A stretch of 63,693 bases of DNA, the filler included, from Asterionella formosa (taxonomy: Eukaryota), in NCBI GenBank assembly GCA_002256025.1. It is 13 parts of 13 records of this genome, joined end to end, with 100 filler letters (N's around TTAATTAATTAA, not from the genome) between each part and the next. Parts side by side here need not be neighbours in the genome. Positions count along the whole stretch, not along the records: positions 17,412 to 34,678 come from NKIB01004514.1; 12 more parts are not named here. One strand, written 5' to 3'. A program made the translations under genes and the position numbers. Every line of letters starts with the position of its first letter. Within the stretch, counting starts at the first letter, position 1. Of the stretch, positions 21,942 through 34,294 are shown piece after piece. The notes beneath the pieces were generated by a model. That model worked only from the letters and a program-made list of their open reading frames with translations, had not been told where the DNA came from and did not search any database.

Positions 21942-24900
21942 ATGGAATTCGTTGAGCCTGCCAAGTTGTGTCTAAACGAAGAAGAGTCGACTGATGTACC
22001 AAAGAAGAACCCTTCGCGCAAGAAGCGACTACCCAAAATTGGCTTCCGCCTGCGACGTTCAGTCTCTGCGCCGAGAGAAGACAATGAAGTCACAACAGAG
22101 GAAAGCACCAAGGTCACAATGTTTCGGCGCAAGCTTAATCCACTGAAGAGAACCAAGGCGAACAAGACACCTCCGCAGCACAACAAGGTGAAATCACAAG
22201 ACAAGGAAGAACAAATCACGAAGGAGACGGAAATATGGTATAGGGCCGGACTAGAAGGGTCTGAACGTACTCGTAGCAGACTGCTTTCGTCGGACACTGA
22301 GATCAGGGAACATATCACGAACGAAGTCGCGCCTTCCTCGACGAAAGACTATGATGATGATTACAGCCATCAGGATGAAGATTCAATGCACGATTCATTT
22401 CCAATGGATCATTCCTTAAACATGTTTAACCTCAGCGATATTACTGGCGGTACTGTAAGCGAACATTCTCGGAATGCAAGAGACAAAAATATCCTTCCAA
22501 GATTTAGTGACCAGAAAAGTCATTCGCAGGACGATGAATTGAGCGACCACTCACGGAACAATGGCGGAATGACTCTGAAGCCACCCACTTCCCCAGATCA
22601 TGTTGAAGTAGTATCGAAACAATTTCGAAATGTTGTCACTCCTTTGGGCGAAATCGGCATATCGAATCAAGCTCAATTCGAAAGCCCGACACACGACTCG
22701 AATGGCCTCAGTTCAAAAGGAGCAGTCGCCGATAAAATTCATCGCATTCGCCGAAAGCTGAATCCCCGGGGAAACAGAGCACGTTGGCGCTATCGTATTG
22801 AAAGGCAAGAAACTGTTACTGACGAAGACACCATTGCATCGGGACGCGAACGTGACTTCCTTGATGGAGATGACGAGAGCATGTGGGAATGGAACAATGA
22901 TGATCAATCTACTGGCTCGGGAGCTGCTTCCGACAACGATGCGATCATTTCACCAGCAAGCAATATTGACAAAATGACATTTGGCGATCGAATAAGATCC
23001 AAATTTGCGGGTATGATCGAATTAGATAGACATGGAAGCTTGGACTCAGCATCAAGTGATGTTCCGGCTTGTGGGGTTTACACACCTCCGACGGAAGGTA
23101 TTGCTATTCGAAATTTCAGTGATGGACGAGAATTTCGGGTCAGACCATATCACACTTTCGATCAAAAGCCATTGTACATGACGGAGAAAGAAATTTACAA
23201 TGATATGATGAAACCAAGCCAAAATGCAGAGTTATTGAGATCTTTCATCGTCCCAACTTATGGTCTGTCACGGGAAGCGCCTGTCACACAAATGGAGCAG
23301 TACATTTGGGGAAATCCAGATGATGGAAGAATTGGTTCGATCCGCGTTGAGGTGCTCAGCTGTCTTGGGTTGACAAAACACAAACCTGACACTTGTGTTT
23401 ACCTGGTCTGCGGTGATTGCGCTTTTGCCACTGACGTGTTGCATGGATCGCGATCGCCAATGTGGCCATCGAAATCCAAACGAGCAGCAGTGTTTCCCAT
23501 ACATCATGCCTTTATTGAACTATTTGTTGGTGTGTTTGATGTACTTCCGAAAAGAATATCTGACAATGACGATTTTTGTGGCCGAGTCGTGTTAGATATT
23601 TCTTCCCTTCGTCCCAATTCTGAATATGATGTGACACTACCTCTTCGTGCATCCAGTTTTATCTATGATCGGCAACCTCGTGGTGTTATTCGACTTCGAT
23701 TTAGTCTGCACTGGTTCAGTGAACGAGCCGCTGTTTTGTCATACTTCCGAAACCCTCAACTCATCCAAACGACAAACACTTGCACTGATGCTCCTTCGAT
23801 CCTATGTGCGGACCCGAAAACGTTTCGAAACATTGCCGTTACTATCCATGGCAAAGATTTGCCTGGAAAGTACAGCAGAAAAGCATTCCAGGCTACCATG
23901 CGAGAATTTAATCTCTACCAATCCAATATCAGAGTAGGTTTGCCATGTTTTGTCTTGCATGCTTTCATCTTTGAGTATTTTCTAACATTTCATTTTGGTA
24001 ATCAGCTCCTAGTAGCTTCTTTGGTGAAAGATGCCGTTTGCTACAAAAAACCATTATTATCATTGTATTTTTTTTTAACTTGGATGCATTGCGTGATTGC
24101 AAATTCTGTGCGCCTTGTCCCTGCATATTTTGTTGGGTTGTTAATTTTTTTTATGATTGATAACTATAATTGGTACATTCTCAATGAATCCAGTAATTTG
24201 GGATATGTTCCTCCAACCATATCAGAAATTTTCATGGCATTAGTATTTGACTCGCACTCTGGAAGTTTTGCTCCCTTACTGACAAGAAAGAAGGCCAGAG
24301 ATGCCCTCCAAAGAAGGAGTATCCATGATGGGCAACAAGTTCCTGGAAGCAGGACTTTTGAAGGGGAAATTCATCACCGAGAATTTCCATTCTCAGACAA
24401 GATGTTATATCCCAAGATTGCTGTTGAGGAGGCCCTTGTTAAGCGCCATCGTTCAGCAAAGGGAGAATGTACGTAGGCGCTGTCTAGTGCCTTATTTCAT
24501 AATTGGACAAAGAATCTCACTACCACTTTCCTCTAATTTTCCACAGCACATGAAAAAATGCAGATGGCAGGCCGACTTTCAATATATGTTAAGACCGGGA
24601 AAGAGGCTGGGATTCACAGTGGACATGACCGAAATGGAATCAGAAATGATGATACAAGCACACACGATAACCAAGAAAATGACGACGACGAAGAGGAGAA
24701 CCTTCTTGTTAACGATCATGATGATATGGAGTATGTGCTTGGTTTGGGCATGGACGAAGTTGAGGACCAACAATTGGATGAGGCGGAAACAGTAGTAACA
24801 AACAAGGGATTATTTGTGAAGCGACAGGGCCTCGTGGGACCACCTCAAGATGCAGATGTTCGTCCCAAGAAAACTACTCCACCCCAAGTGCACCTCGCTA

Positions 24901-25880
24901 GAGTTGAAGATCAACTCAACAAATTCACAAAGTCAATCTTCATTGACAGAGTCTATACGGCAACACTGCCGCTTCGACCACATGCCAATATTGGGTCAAA
25001 CACAGATGAACGCATCAGTCCCGATTCTTTTCAGCCGCCAAGACTCACAGATGAAGAAACCAGAAAGCGGCGGCTCCCACTCGACGATTTTGACAAGCGC
25101 CTGGGCCTCCGAGTGCGCCATCCCAATCCGGTGGTAGAAATCACATCAACTTTCTTAGGCCCTCTAATGCGTATTTTCAGAGTTTTCTGCAACATCTTCA
25201 GAGCAGGTTTCAATGCCACCACATGGAAGGATCCCTTCCTTTCTTTCTGGACACTCTGCTTTCTGATTGTTCTAATGCTTGTTTTGATTTTCTTCCCCTG
25301 GAGAATTTTCTTCGGTGTGACAGGATTTATTCTCTTTGGCCCTCAGAATGTGCTTATCAGCAGTGAAATGGAGAAGTTGGTAAATAAGCGCCATGCCGCT
25401 TCAGTTGCTGTACTACAGGAGGCGACCAAGAGGAACAAAACGGACAACACTCCTTCCTCCATCGGAGTTTCGGAGGATATTGAATTCACAAAAACGAACA
25501 CACACAACCGAATTCAAGAACGGATTGGTGCTGCGCTTCGAATCGGTAAAAAAGCAAAGCGTAACAATGCTGCAGAAACCAATGATCGCAACCCGGGACA
25601 TATTGTGAATGGACCTGTACTTCATTCGGTTCCAGTGAAATCGGAAGTTCCACTGGTTGATCGCCCAGTATTCACAACACGGAGCAATGCATGGGGTAAC
25701 AAGAAGAACCTTTCTCCGCGCGAAGTTTTGGTTCCTTATAGCCGTTTCCGAAAAGAGCGTTTTTACGATTTTCCGCCGGACCCAACCGTCTCACGATGTT
25801 CTGTCATTAAATTTGATGACTGTAAGATGCCTGCGTATGCTCCCATGACCGATGACGAGCAAGTATCCAATCGCATATAA
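21942..25880 (+). CDS. C2-domain membrane protein (MCTP/PRT_C-like C-terminus); introns 23934-24005 and 24469-24546
   Basis: C2 domain (IRVEVLSCLGL..DTCVYL..P.W..VGVFD..DDFCGRV..Y.L) and TM hairpins including TWKDPFLSFW..FFPWR. GT..AG introns join ORFs 21942 and 24558 in frame. Confidence 0.8.
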
Positions 25881-26448
25881 CGTCAACTTGTGGAGCTAGC
25901 ACAAACAAATGTCAATACTTAAGTGATCACTTGGGATATCGGTACAGTATTTCATGGTCACGACTTTCTTCACGCCGTACTTTGTGAAAGCCAAATCAAG
26001 CTGACATCCTCCATGGCCAGAAGAGATTCCTTGCACGCCAATTTTACAATACCAAGCCAAGAATCGTCCTTATTTCAAAGTGCACGGCTTTGCTACGAAA
26101 GTGAGTGATAACACAGGCAGCGATTAGAGTTGGAACGATTAGTAGCAGTAGGATCGGTTGCAGCGGCTACAGCCAAAAATGCGGTAGTACTCATAGAAGA
26201 AGTATAAACGTACGTTCCGCTTTGGATCAGTTTAATGAGTTTCTTCTTTTGTCACTGTGATACATGCCATTAAGTTTAACTTTTTTTTTCTTCAATAGTT
26301 GCATCAAAAGTTGATGGTTTGCCAAAGGTCGAGAGAATTAAACTATGATACTTTTTTCCTTGTCCTGCTAACATAATGAAACTCTGCACTGTCTGGAAAT
26401 GCATGAACAATCATTATACACTTACTGTTATCTTTGCAACAATGCAAA

Positions 26449-28941
26449 TCAAGAATCAGAACTCTCCTGTAGAGACCGACACCGTGAGGCGCGCTCATCA
26501 ATCGTCACAACTTTTTGCAGCTGCTGCTGACTTTCTCGGTTGAGGATGCTGGCGCGAATGGCAGCCACCGACGATCTGGCATGTGAGCCTTCCTGACTAT
26601 TACGTCTAGATTTATGATTATTCCAGTACTGGTTCAATTGGTCTTTGTCGATCCGCGTGGATCTTTTCCAGTATTTTGGAACAAACAGTGGAACCAGCAC
26701 AGCAAAACAAACGATGGTGATGACGACTGAGGTAACCACAAATGATGCAGACGGAGAATCAAGTGTCAAGAAAGTTATGGGAAGCCCCAGCAACATGGCT
26801 TCCAATATACTCGCCATTGACAAAGCAACGTAAACGCTTTCATTAAAGTCACTCGGCACGTGTCTTGCCAAATAACTTTGATAGTTAGCGAAGATGACCA
26901 TTAACATGTTGATCAAGAAGAGAGTTAGCGCGAAGGCAAATTGAGGTGAACTTCCTGTGGCCCAGCAGGTTCCGTAGGATTCCACCTTTCGACCGAAAGA
27001 GTCGAAGTTGTCAACAAGTACTCGAGTCCATTGCAAGGGGGCGACAATGGTCCATGTCAGGAGTATCGCATAGTTGATGGAAAAGGGAAGCCCTACAATC
27101 CAGAACACGTCTTTTGCTTTGATTTTGGTGCGACGTATTTTACCTGATATTTGAAATATCCTGTTGATTCGCCACTGCTTCGCCAAAAGAGAAGAAAATG
27201 CAGTGACGAAGCCTGTTGAAAAAACCCAAGGGATTGCCATGCAGGACGCATCAAGGCCATTAACTGGTTCCTGGAGGCTGAGTGGAATAACTGTGCATGC
27301 CATGATGAATGTACCAACACAGAGCTGACAAAGAAATATAGGTTGAGCCGCACGAATGATAGGATTCTTGCGTTCTTTAATCGTCCAATACATGCACCAA
27401 GATGACAAAAAAATCACTAGCGCAGCCAATACCCAGCCAAATACTTGAAGGCCTCTGGGAATCAAATTCATCTTTATGTTGTATGCTGGTAGTGAAGGGG
27501 GAGCAATCAATCCATAGTCAGCATAGACAAATGGCTCAAGGATGGTTAATTTCCCATTTGCCACCTCGATTGCAGGAATTACGTCAAACTCAATTGTTTC
27601 AGCGGTCGAGCGCTTCTCATTCTTGACCAAGTTATTGACAACATAAATCAAGTTTTCTGACCTTCGTGTGCCTGTTTGAGGATCAAAGCTCACAGAGCCC
27701 GACGCACCCTCAAACGAAGTCTTCTTGACTTGATCATACAGTTCTTGCCCTGTAAAGAATTCATTTTGAGCCTCGCATGCCGCTATACCAAGCGCAATAA
27801 CAGCATCGTAATTCGTGTGTTCATAAGGTCCTTTTGTAACTTCTGCTGCCGAAAGATTGTAAAAATCGAAAATAGTTGGATCGTGTTGGTTCGCAATAAA
27901 GTCTGCATGAATATTTGGGTCCATACGAAACTCCTCCAGCGTGCTAGCCAAGTTTTTGTTAACTGGTACCTTAATCTGTACAACACCCATTCCTTGCATC
28001 GCTGCGGCAATTTCAGGCTCCTTGCGTAAGTCAATAGAAAGTTGCATGAATTCCAGTCCTTCCCCAAACATCCATACATGCTCTGAATTGCCAGCATTCC
28101 CTAACCGGTATCCTTCTGCCAAAAGAAACTTCCAAGATAGCTCAGTAACGATAGCGTATACATATTTGTACTTGCTCGCCTGTATCTTTTGTACAGCTGA
28201 TCTCATCGAATCCTCGTCGTCATCTCGAAATGGTAAGGACAAAACGGTCATTCGAAACTTAGACGCTGCGGCAACCAAACTCGAATGATATGCGTCCCCA
28301 AACGAATCGTTGATAAAGACAACGGCAAAGTTAGTGACACCCAACGACTGAAAGTAAAGAACCACTGCGTTGCTATCTCCAGTATTTGTAGGAACGGTCC
28401 GAGCAAACAACGGTGCGTCGGCCTTTCGATCCAGGTCCGACGAAGTCGAAGAAGGGCTTATTTGTGGGATTTGGGTAGCGCCGCTTAACACGGCCAGCGG
28501 CTTGGACTCAGCCGAAGAATAGGCACCGACGACGCCTGTTGGAAATGGTTCTGTTAGTGTTCCATATACTGCCTGGTAGAATATTCGAGAACCAAACAAG
28601 ACGTCTTGCCTTGTATCCGCAAGGTGCATCGTAAAGTAGAAGTCACAGGACGCTAAGCGCTCGGCGAGACCAGGAACAACGGCCGAATTTCTGTCATTGA
28701 AGTGTCTCAGCGCCATGTACGCCCCCGCTTCCTGGTATACCAGATAATCAGCTGGTGTAAACGTTATAGTGCCATTCTCGTCCTTGTCAGCAATGGTCAG
28801 TGGCATGAGCTGGAGCAAGTGACCAAGGCGGACAGTGTTGTTTACTCTGACGACTGAGGATCCCTCCATGGTCACAAGTGAACCATCCCTGGATTTTCTG
28901 ATGTCGTTGAAGTACGATAGAGAATAGCTTTGGGTGTTCAT
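26449..28941 (-). CDS. Class C GPCR (GABA-B-like): Venus-flytrap domain + 7TM
   Basis: VVGAYSS, PQISPSSTS.DL, FARTVP, YDAV and FEGASG.V.FD in the ectodomain. IIRAAQPIFL, AKQWRI, FNES and FVPK in seven TM segments. A short 5' exon may be missing, as no signal peptide is seen. Confidence 0.9.
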   Translation of the reverse strand: MNTQSYSLSYFNDIRKSRDGSLVTMEGSSVVRVNNTVRLGHLLQLMPLTIADKDENGTITFTPADYLVYQEAGAYMALRHFNDRNSAVVPGLAERLASCDFYFTMHLADTRQDVLFGSRIFYQAVYGTLTEPFPTGVVGAYSSAESKPLAVLSGATQIPQISPSSTSSDLDRKADAPLFARTVPTNTGDSNAVVLYFQSLGVTNFAVVFINDSFGDAYHSSLVAAASKFRMTVLSLPFRDDDEDSMRSAVQKIQASKYKYVYAIVTELSWKFLLAEGYRLGNAGNSEHVWMFGEGLEFMQLSIDLRKEPEIAAAMQGMGVVQIKVPVNKNLASTLEEFRMDPNIHADFIANQHDPTIFDFYNLSAAEVTKGPYEHTNYDAVIALGIAACEAQNEFFTGQELYDQVKKTSFEGASGSVSFDPQTGTRRSENLIYVVNNLVKNEKRSTAETIEFDVIPAIEVANGKLTILEPFVYADYGLIAPPSLPAYNIKMNLIPRGLQVFGWVLAALVIFLSSWCMYWTIKERKNPIIRAAQPIFLCQLCVGTFIMACTVIPLSLQEPVNGLDASCMAIPWVFSTGFVTAFSSLLAKQWRINRIFQISGKIRRTKIKAKDVFWIVGLPFSINYAILLTWTIVAPLQWTRVLVDNFDSFGRKVESYGTCWATGSSPQFAFALTLFLINMLMVIFANYQSYLARHVPSDFNESVYVALSMASILEAMLLGLPITFLTLDSPSASFVVTSVVITIVCFAVLVPLFVPKYWKRSTRIDKDQLNQYWNNHKSRRNSQEGSHARSSVAAIRASILNRESQQQLQKVVTIDERASRCRSLQESSDS

Positions 28942-29747
28942 CCCAAGATCGCTCTGTTTGTAAATCTCAGAAACAACTCTACTGGAAGTATACCGGCACT
29001 TGGTTGCAAATCTTCACTTCAAAAAGTAAAATATTTTTTACAGGCACTTTTCGTCAACGAATAAATTAGATTGATAAACAATCCGTGATGATGTTGTCAT
29101 GAATCCAGTAGAACATCCATACACGAGAAAATATACTGATATGCACATAGGACATGATACTGTATGAATTAAGTGATGCCGAATGTCCCCATGAAAAGAG
29201 GAAAAGGTCACAGACATAATTTATACCAGTTTGTCTATCATGTACCGGTAAATACCGGTAACTAGAGAACACTTCACAGGATCAAGTCACGTTCGATTCC
29301 TCCTTCGACTTTACTACAGACACTATGACCGACGATCGCTTGCTGAGATACCGGCATGTGCATTCTTATACGTTGAACCGTTAGTGGAATTCCAGAGAAG
29401 CCTTTTCCCAAGCCAGGAAACGCCGTTCGCATTTCCAAGATTAAAAAAGTAGTCCTCGCCGTTCCATTTTATATCTTTATTTGCTTTTGAAAAGAACACA
29501 TTCATGTTTCGAATTTAACATGTACCAATATGTGATACTATTTCGCATGCGCCAAGCATTTCCATGCCCTTGATCATGGTGGGGCAATATTAACTAATGA
29601 CGTCCGGGTATGTTCTTTCCTAACAATAATGGACCCATTTGAGAATAGACACTGTGGCCTCGTCATCGATGTAGCACAGTTGGCATAATGGGTGCATGCA
29701 AAGGTAAATATTAGCATAACCAGTGCAGTACTGTTACTGGTAAAATT

Positions 29748-32170
29748 CAACCCAAGTTGCATTTTTTCTGTACGGGAAATGATGGTACATGGTACTTTGA
29801 CATTATTGACGAAATTCTACCAAAGTAGTATTTTTCTGTAGGGCTCCGGTAATGTTCTACTCTGGACAGGTCAATACTGTCCGGTACCCCTCCCTTGCTT
29901 GACCGTGGTGAAAATATGGTATAGAGAAAGGCAAAAATTCTACCCAGTAGTACTGGAGGTAGAATTTTTCTTAAAATTTTGGTAGAATATTCTACCAACG
30001 GACCGATGGAACCCTGCAGTATGCCATGGTATTGTCGAAGTACCGGTAGTGGTGCCAGTACCAGGGTACCTGGTGCAGCACTGGTACTGGTACCTGATAC
30101 TGGTACCCTGGTACCAGGCATGTGTAGGTGGTGAGTACTTTTGGGCACAACTCGTACCTGTACCTGCGTACCTGGTGCACTGGCTGTGTTGTGTCATGTT
30201 GAGGGATTATAATAATGGTAAAACATCATGATTGCATCCCTGTCAAAAGGCAGTTGTTTTCTCATTTCCTTGGCCATTTTCCTGAGACAGAGTGTATGGA
30301 CCAATGCACTAACCCAAAAAACCAAAAAACAGTGGGTTTTCTGCTATGAACTGACAATCCAGCAAATGCTAAAGAAAGATCTAGACAATTCTGCAAGATG
30401 ATGTGCATGCAGGAAAATCATGAGTTTTGACAATTGAACAATGATAAATTGTCAAAACAGGATCTCTAAGTAATCATTAACACATACAAGTTGAAATGAA
30501 TGCTCCTGAGATGATATTGTTTGAATGAGGGTTGCACATATCGTGGTGGTCAGTGCTGGGCAGTGTTCCTGATAAAGTTGCTTTTGCTGCAACAAATGCC
30601 AACAGCAACCCAAAATGGAAATGTCTACCATATGATATCAAGGTGATCAATCCTAAACAATGTCAGAGGTAACAAACAGAGTTGAATGATTAAAACCAGT
30701 GAGCTAAAAAGTTTTTTAATCTATTTTCGATCGCTTGGTTGAGCTGGGCTTGAAAAAATGATGATGTGAGCCCTGTATGTCATTGTGAACCTTTCTAGTC
30801 ACCTAGCAAGAGTACCCATGATGTGCAAGACATCGGGGATTATAAAACATTCTTAGTTTATTTATTTCAAGTTCAATGCTGACTTTGAGACTGACTAAGT
30901 ATATATTACTCATGAATTCCTGGTTACTAGAGTATAAGTTCTACTTTCTTTGTAGAGGTGACCGTTTAACCATAAGGAAATCACTGTATGATATCCTACT
31001 TAGAAATCAAACATTGTAATAAGTGTTCTGAAATGTGTGTTTATGCCTTTTACTAGGCTAAATGTTAGTAGAACATGTCTATAGCTGATGAATCATATAG
31101 TATCTGGGGTTGGTTTACATAGCCACACTATCCCAATATGTCAGATCCATTCTTGAGCTACTAGCTAAAGTTCTACTTTAGTAGAGCTTTTGGAATAGTC
31201 AACATTTGCTATGTTTGTTGTAACTTTTTAAATAGCCTTATGTGTACTAGGCTACCCAGCCAAGCAATGTACCATAGGTCCATGTTGCACAGCTTGCTCT
31301 AGGAACCAACAAACCAACAATCAAGCAGGTATTACGGACAAACAAGCAAACATGGATGTGGGTCCTGATTATAAAAGTAACCTTCCAAGACACCAAACTA
31401 AACTTGTTCCTTGGTAAGAATAGGAAGTTGGAATTTCAGAACGAAAAAACCAGAAAGGCTACTATTTACAAGCAGCAGGGCAGGGCAGGGAGCCGGATGA
31501 TGAAATATGCATCTACTATTGGCAGCACAAGGTTGTCTGGGATGCAGTGGTGACTCTACTAGCTAGTAGTTTGAGTGGGTACATGGCACATGTAGCCCTA
31601 GACTAAATCTATGAGACACATGGTCAGGATAAGATTGTTACTCACATTCTTGTCAACCAAATGTTGAAAGGTTGCAGTGGTGGTGGGCATCCACAACTAC
31701 AGCCGTGTTAAGCTAGATAAATGCATATACTACTAAAAAATAACATACATCCTTAATTCATTAAATTCAAATTTCATTTTCAATGTTATGTACCTTGTTA
31801 ATTCATTGCCTGTTTCTTACCTGGTATAAACACCAGACCAGTTGAATCAGCATTACACACAACAACGAAGCTACTAGTACCTGGTAGCTAAATCCGGCAA
31901 CACCAGGTGCTGGTACCAGGTACCTGGAACATACCGTAGTACCAGGTACCAGGTACTTGGTACCAGCAAAGGTGGCACCGCCCACTCCCACACAGTGCAT
32001 GCTTTGTACGTGAATAATGATAGTTAACTAGTGCACTAGTTTTCACTAGTACGACAAAATATGGTAGTATTGGGGGTAGAATTAATTGTCAATACTGTGC
32101 CAGTATTGACAACATTTTACAGTGGTAAAATTAGGTACTAACCTCCAAGAATTTCAACCCGGTTGCATTG
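29748..32170. mobile_element. Non-coding element bounded by CAACCC(AA/G)GTTGCATT direct repeats, GGTACC-rich subterminal blocks
   Basis: Ends and 5' internal motif are homologous to 2599-2738. Hairpins near both ends. No credible ORF. Confidence 0.45.
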
Positions 32171-32253
32171 GCCAAATGGATGGCTGTGAAGACTTGCTTA
32201 TGGTAAACCAAACCCAAGCTAAAACAACAATCCAACATATGGTAGTTGGAAAA

Positions 32254-32944
32254 TACAAGAAAGCATTGTCCTACTTCATGCCACTCTGGTTCTCGACTTA
32301 GAATGTCATGACCAACTGTGGAACAAACCCAACCAGATCTGTGTTTGTTATTGACCTAATCTAGGCTGTAAAGAAAAAGGAGGTCCGGGAGCAAGGAAAA
32401 GCATCAGCAGCTTGTCGTCCACTTGAAGCCGAAGAATTTAAAAACACAAGAATTGCACTTCAAAGATGCAAAGACAGTATCCGCCACTACCAGATGGTTT
32501 CTCTATGTTCCTTGCAATTCCACGTGGTTGGCCGGATTGACAACTGTTTCCAATTGAAGAAGGAAAACTTGAAGCCCAATCTTTGTTTTCCCTTTACCCT
32601 GATATGTTAGCTGTGTTGGTCCAAGAATGTCAAGGATGAGAGGTATGCACCAGATCTATTCCTCATGGTTGCAATGGAGCCACAGTTTTGTGTGCTACTC
32701 AACTTGGCAATCCACCTCGAGACAGAAGGAATGTCAAATGGCAGCTCACTGGAGAATGAATGGGTGTTTCCTCTTGGAACCATAATCCTCAGAATGCAAA
32801 AAATAAGGCATATTTTTCCTGCAAGCAGATGAAGTTTGGTCAGACAGTGAGTTCAACACCAGGATAGGCATCATTGTATTAATCGGAACACACAGCCTTT
32901 TTAAATATTCCTCAACCGATGCACGAAGGAATGGATGCTCCTGC
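32254..32944 (+). pseudogene. Tyrosine recombinase of a CryptonS-like transposon (degraded)
   Basis: YKKALSYFMP..AVKKKEVREQGKAS..RPLE..EF..QFHVVGRID..WSKNVKDER.AP..FCVLLNLAIHLE..IGTHSLFK..ARRNGCS, containing the R and degenerate HxxR catalytic motifs. Stops and frameshifts present. Confidence 0.7.
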
Positions 32945-33107
32945 GTAGCGTGCAAGTTGCTCGTTTTCTGTTCATTGATTATACGAGAAAAGGCAGGGGT
33001 AAACCCCCCAAAATTGTCGAATCCCTAAAATTTGCGCTACTCCGTTATTCTTTAAATAGTTGTTTACATAGACGTTAAGCCGTTGGCCGTTTGATTGTCA
33101 AAATGAA

Positions 33108-33702
33108 CTTGAAGTCAGTAGTTGGTAAGTTGAAGTCAGCAGTCAGCGATTTCATGTCAGCAGTCAGCGATTTTTTCAAAATTTCAGCAAATCAAGTCAG
33201 CAGTCAGCGAAACGAAGTTCGCAGTCAGTAGTTAGCAAGTTGAAGTCAGCATTTTTAGCTATGATAGTACATCATGGTAGCAATATGAAGAAGTAGGTAC
33301 ATAGCAATGATTTTATCAGGCCTCTACAGGTCGGTAAGTCTATTTCACAGTTTTTATCATGTACGGAGTACCAGGAACCTCTTTGTTACTCCCAGTACCA
33401 GGTAGTATGAACATAGAAGGCATCGCGTTTAGTATCCCAATAACGGAAAGATGCGTTTCCATCGTTATTCAAATATGAAAAGTAAAAATGCTTTGAACAT
33501 TGGTACCGGTAGTTGGTCTCTTCCTGTGTACAAAGTAGGTTGCTTGACATCAGCATATTGAAGTTAGCAGTCAGCGACTGCATGTCAGTAGTCAGCAAAT
33601 GAAGTCAGCAGTCAGCGAATATTTCAAATTTTCAGCAAATCAAGTCAGCAGTTAGCAACAAGAAGTCCACAGTCAGCAAGTTGAAGTTAGTAGTCAGCGA
33701 TT
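33108..33702. repeat. Clusters of (AA)GTCAGCA/GTCAGCGA short repeats in two related blocks
   Basis: Blocks 33108-33252 and 33560-33702 share many copies of the motif, typical of DNA-transposon subterminal arrays. Confidence 0.7.
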
Positions 33703-34262
33703 CTGCTGTGAAAGGTGGCAGCGCTTTTCCGTTTGAAACTTTATAACGGTTACAGGTAGTATTAATAAATGGAAATATTTTGAGATTTTTCATCATTTCG
33801 GAATTGGTGAGCTGGTCAGACTTCCAATGAAGTACCGGTAGTTTGAAATCGCTACGTGGTATTTTTAGTAAATATTGCGCGCAGTGCGCTGATTACCGGA
33901 CCTTCCAGGTGAAGCATAATATCAGTACTTTCTGTACCGGGTATTAGGGTTGTATGGATGGGTGTGGTCCGCCCGAGGTAGAAGTCATTCTCGTGTGTAC
34001 ATTTTATACCGACCATTTTTTAGATGTCGGTTTGACCTAAAATTCAGGGTGTGAATAGGTAAGTACCCGAATGGCACGACGATAGCTGGAGAGGGAATTG
34101 TATAGTCAGCATTGACCATGATGTCAATATTGCCACCAAGCAATATTTTTCTTGCAGTACTAATGTGCTTTGCAACCTTGCTACTACGAGTTCTATGTAT
34201 CAATATTCAGCTAGAGGGAGACAATAGTGCTGGAACAGCCTGGCAGTCACGCTTGCTCAAAT

Positions 34263-34294
34263 TGGAATGGAATGGAATGGAATGGAATGGAATG
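34263..34294. repeat. (TGGAA)n microsatellite
   Basis: Six tandem TGGAA units. Confidence 0.9.
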
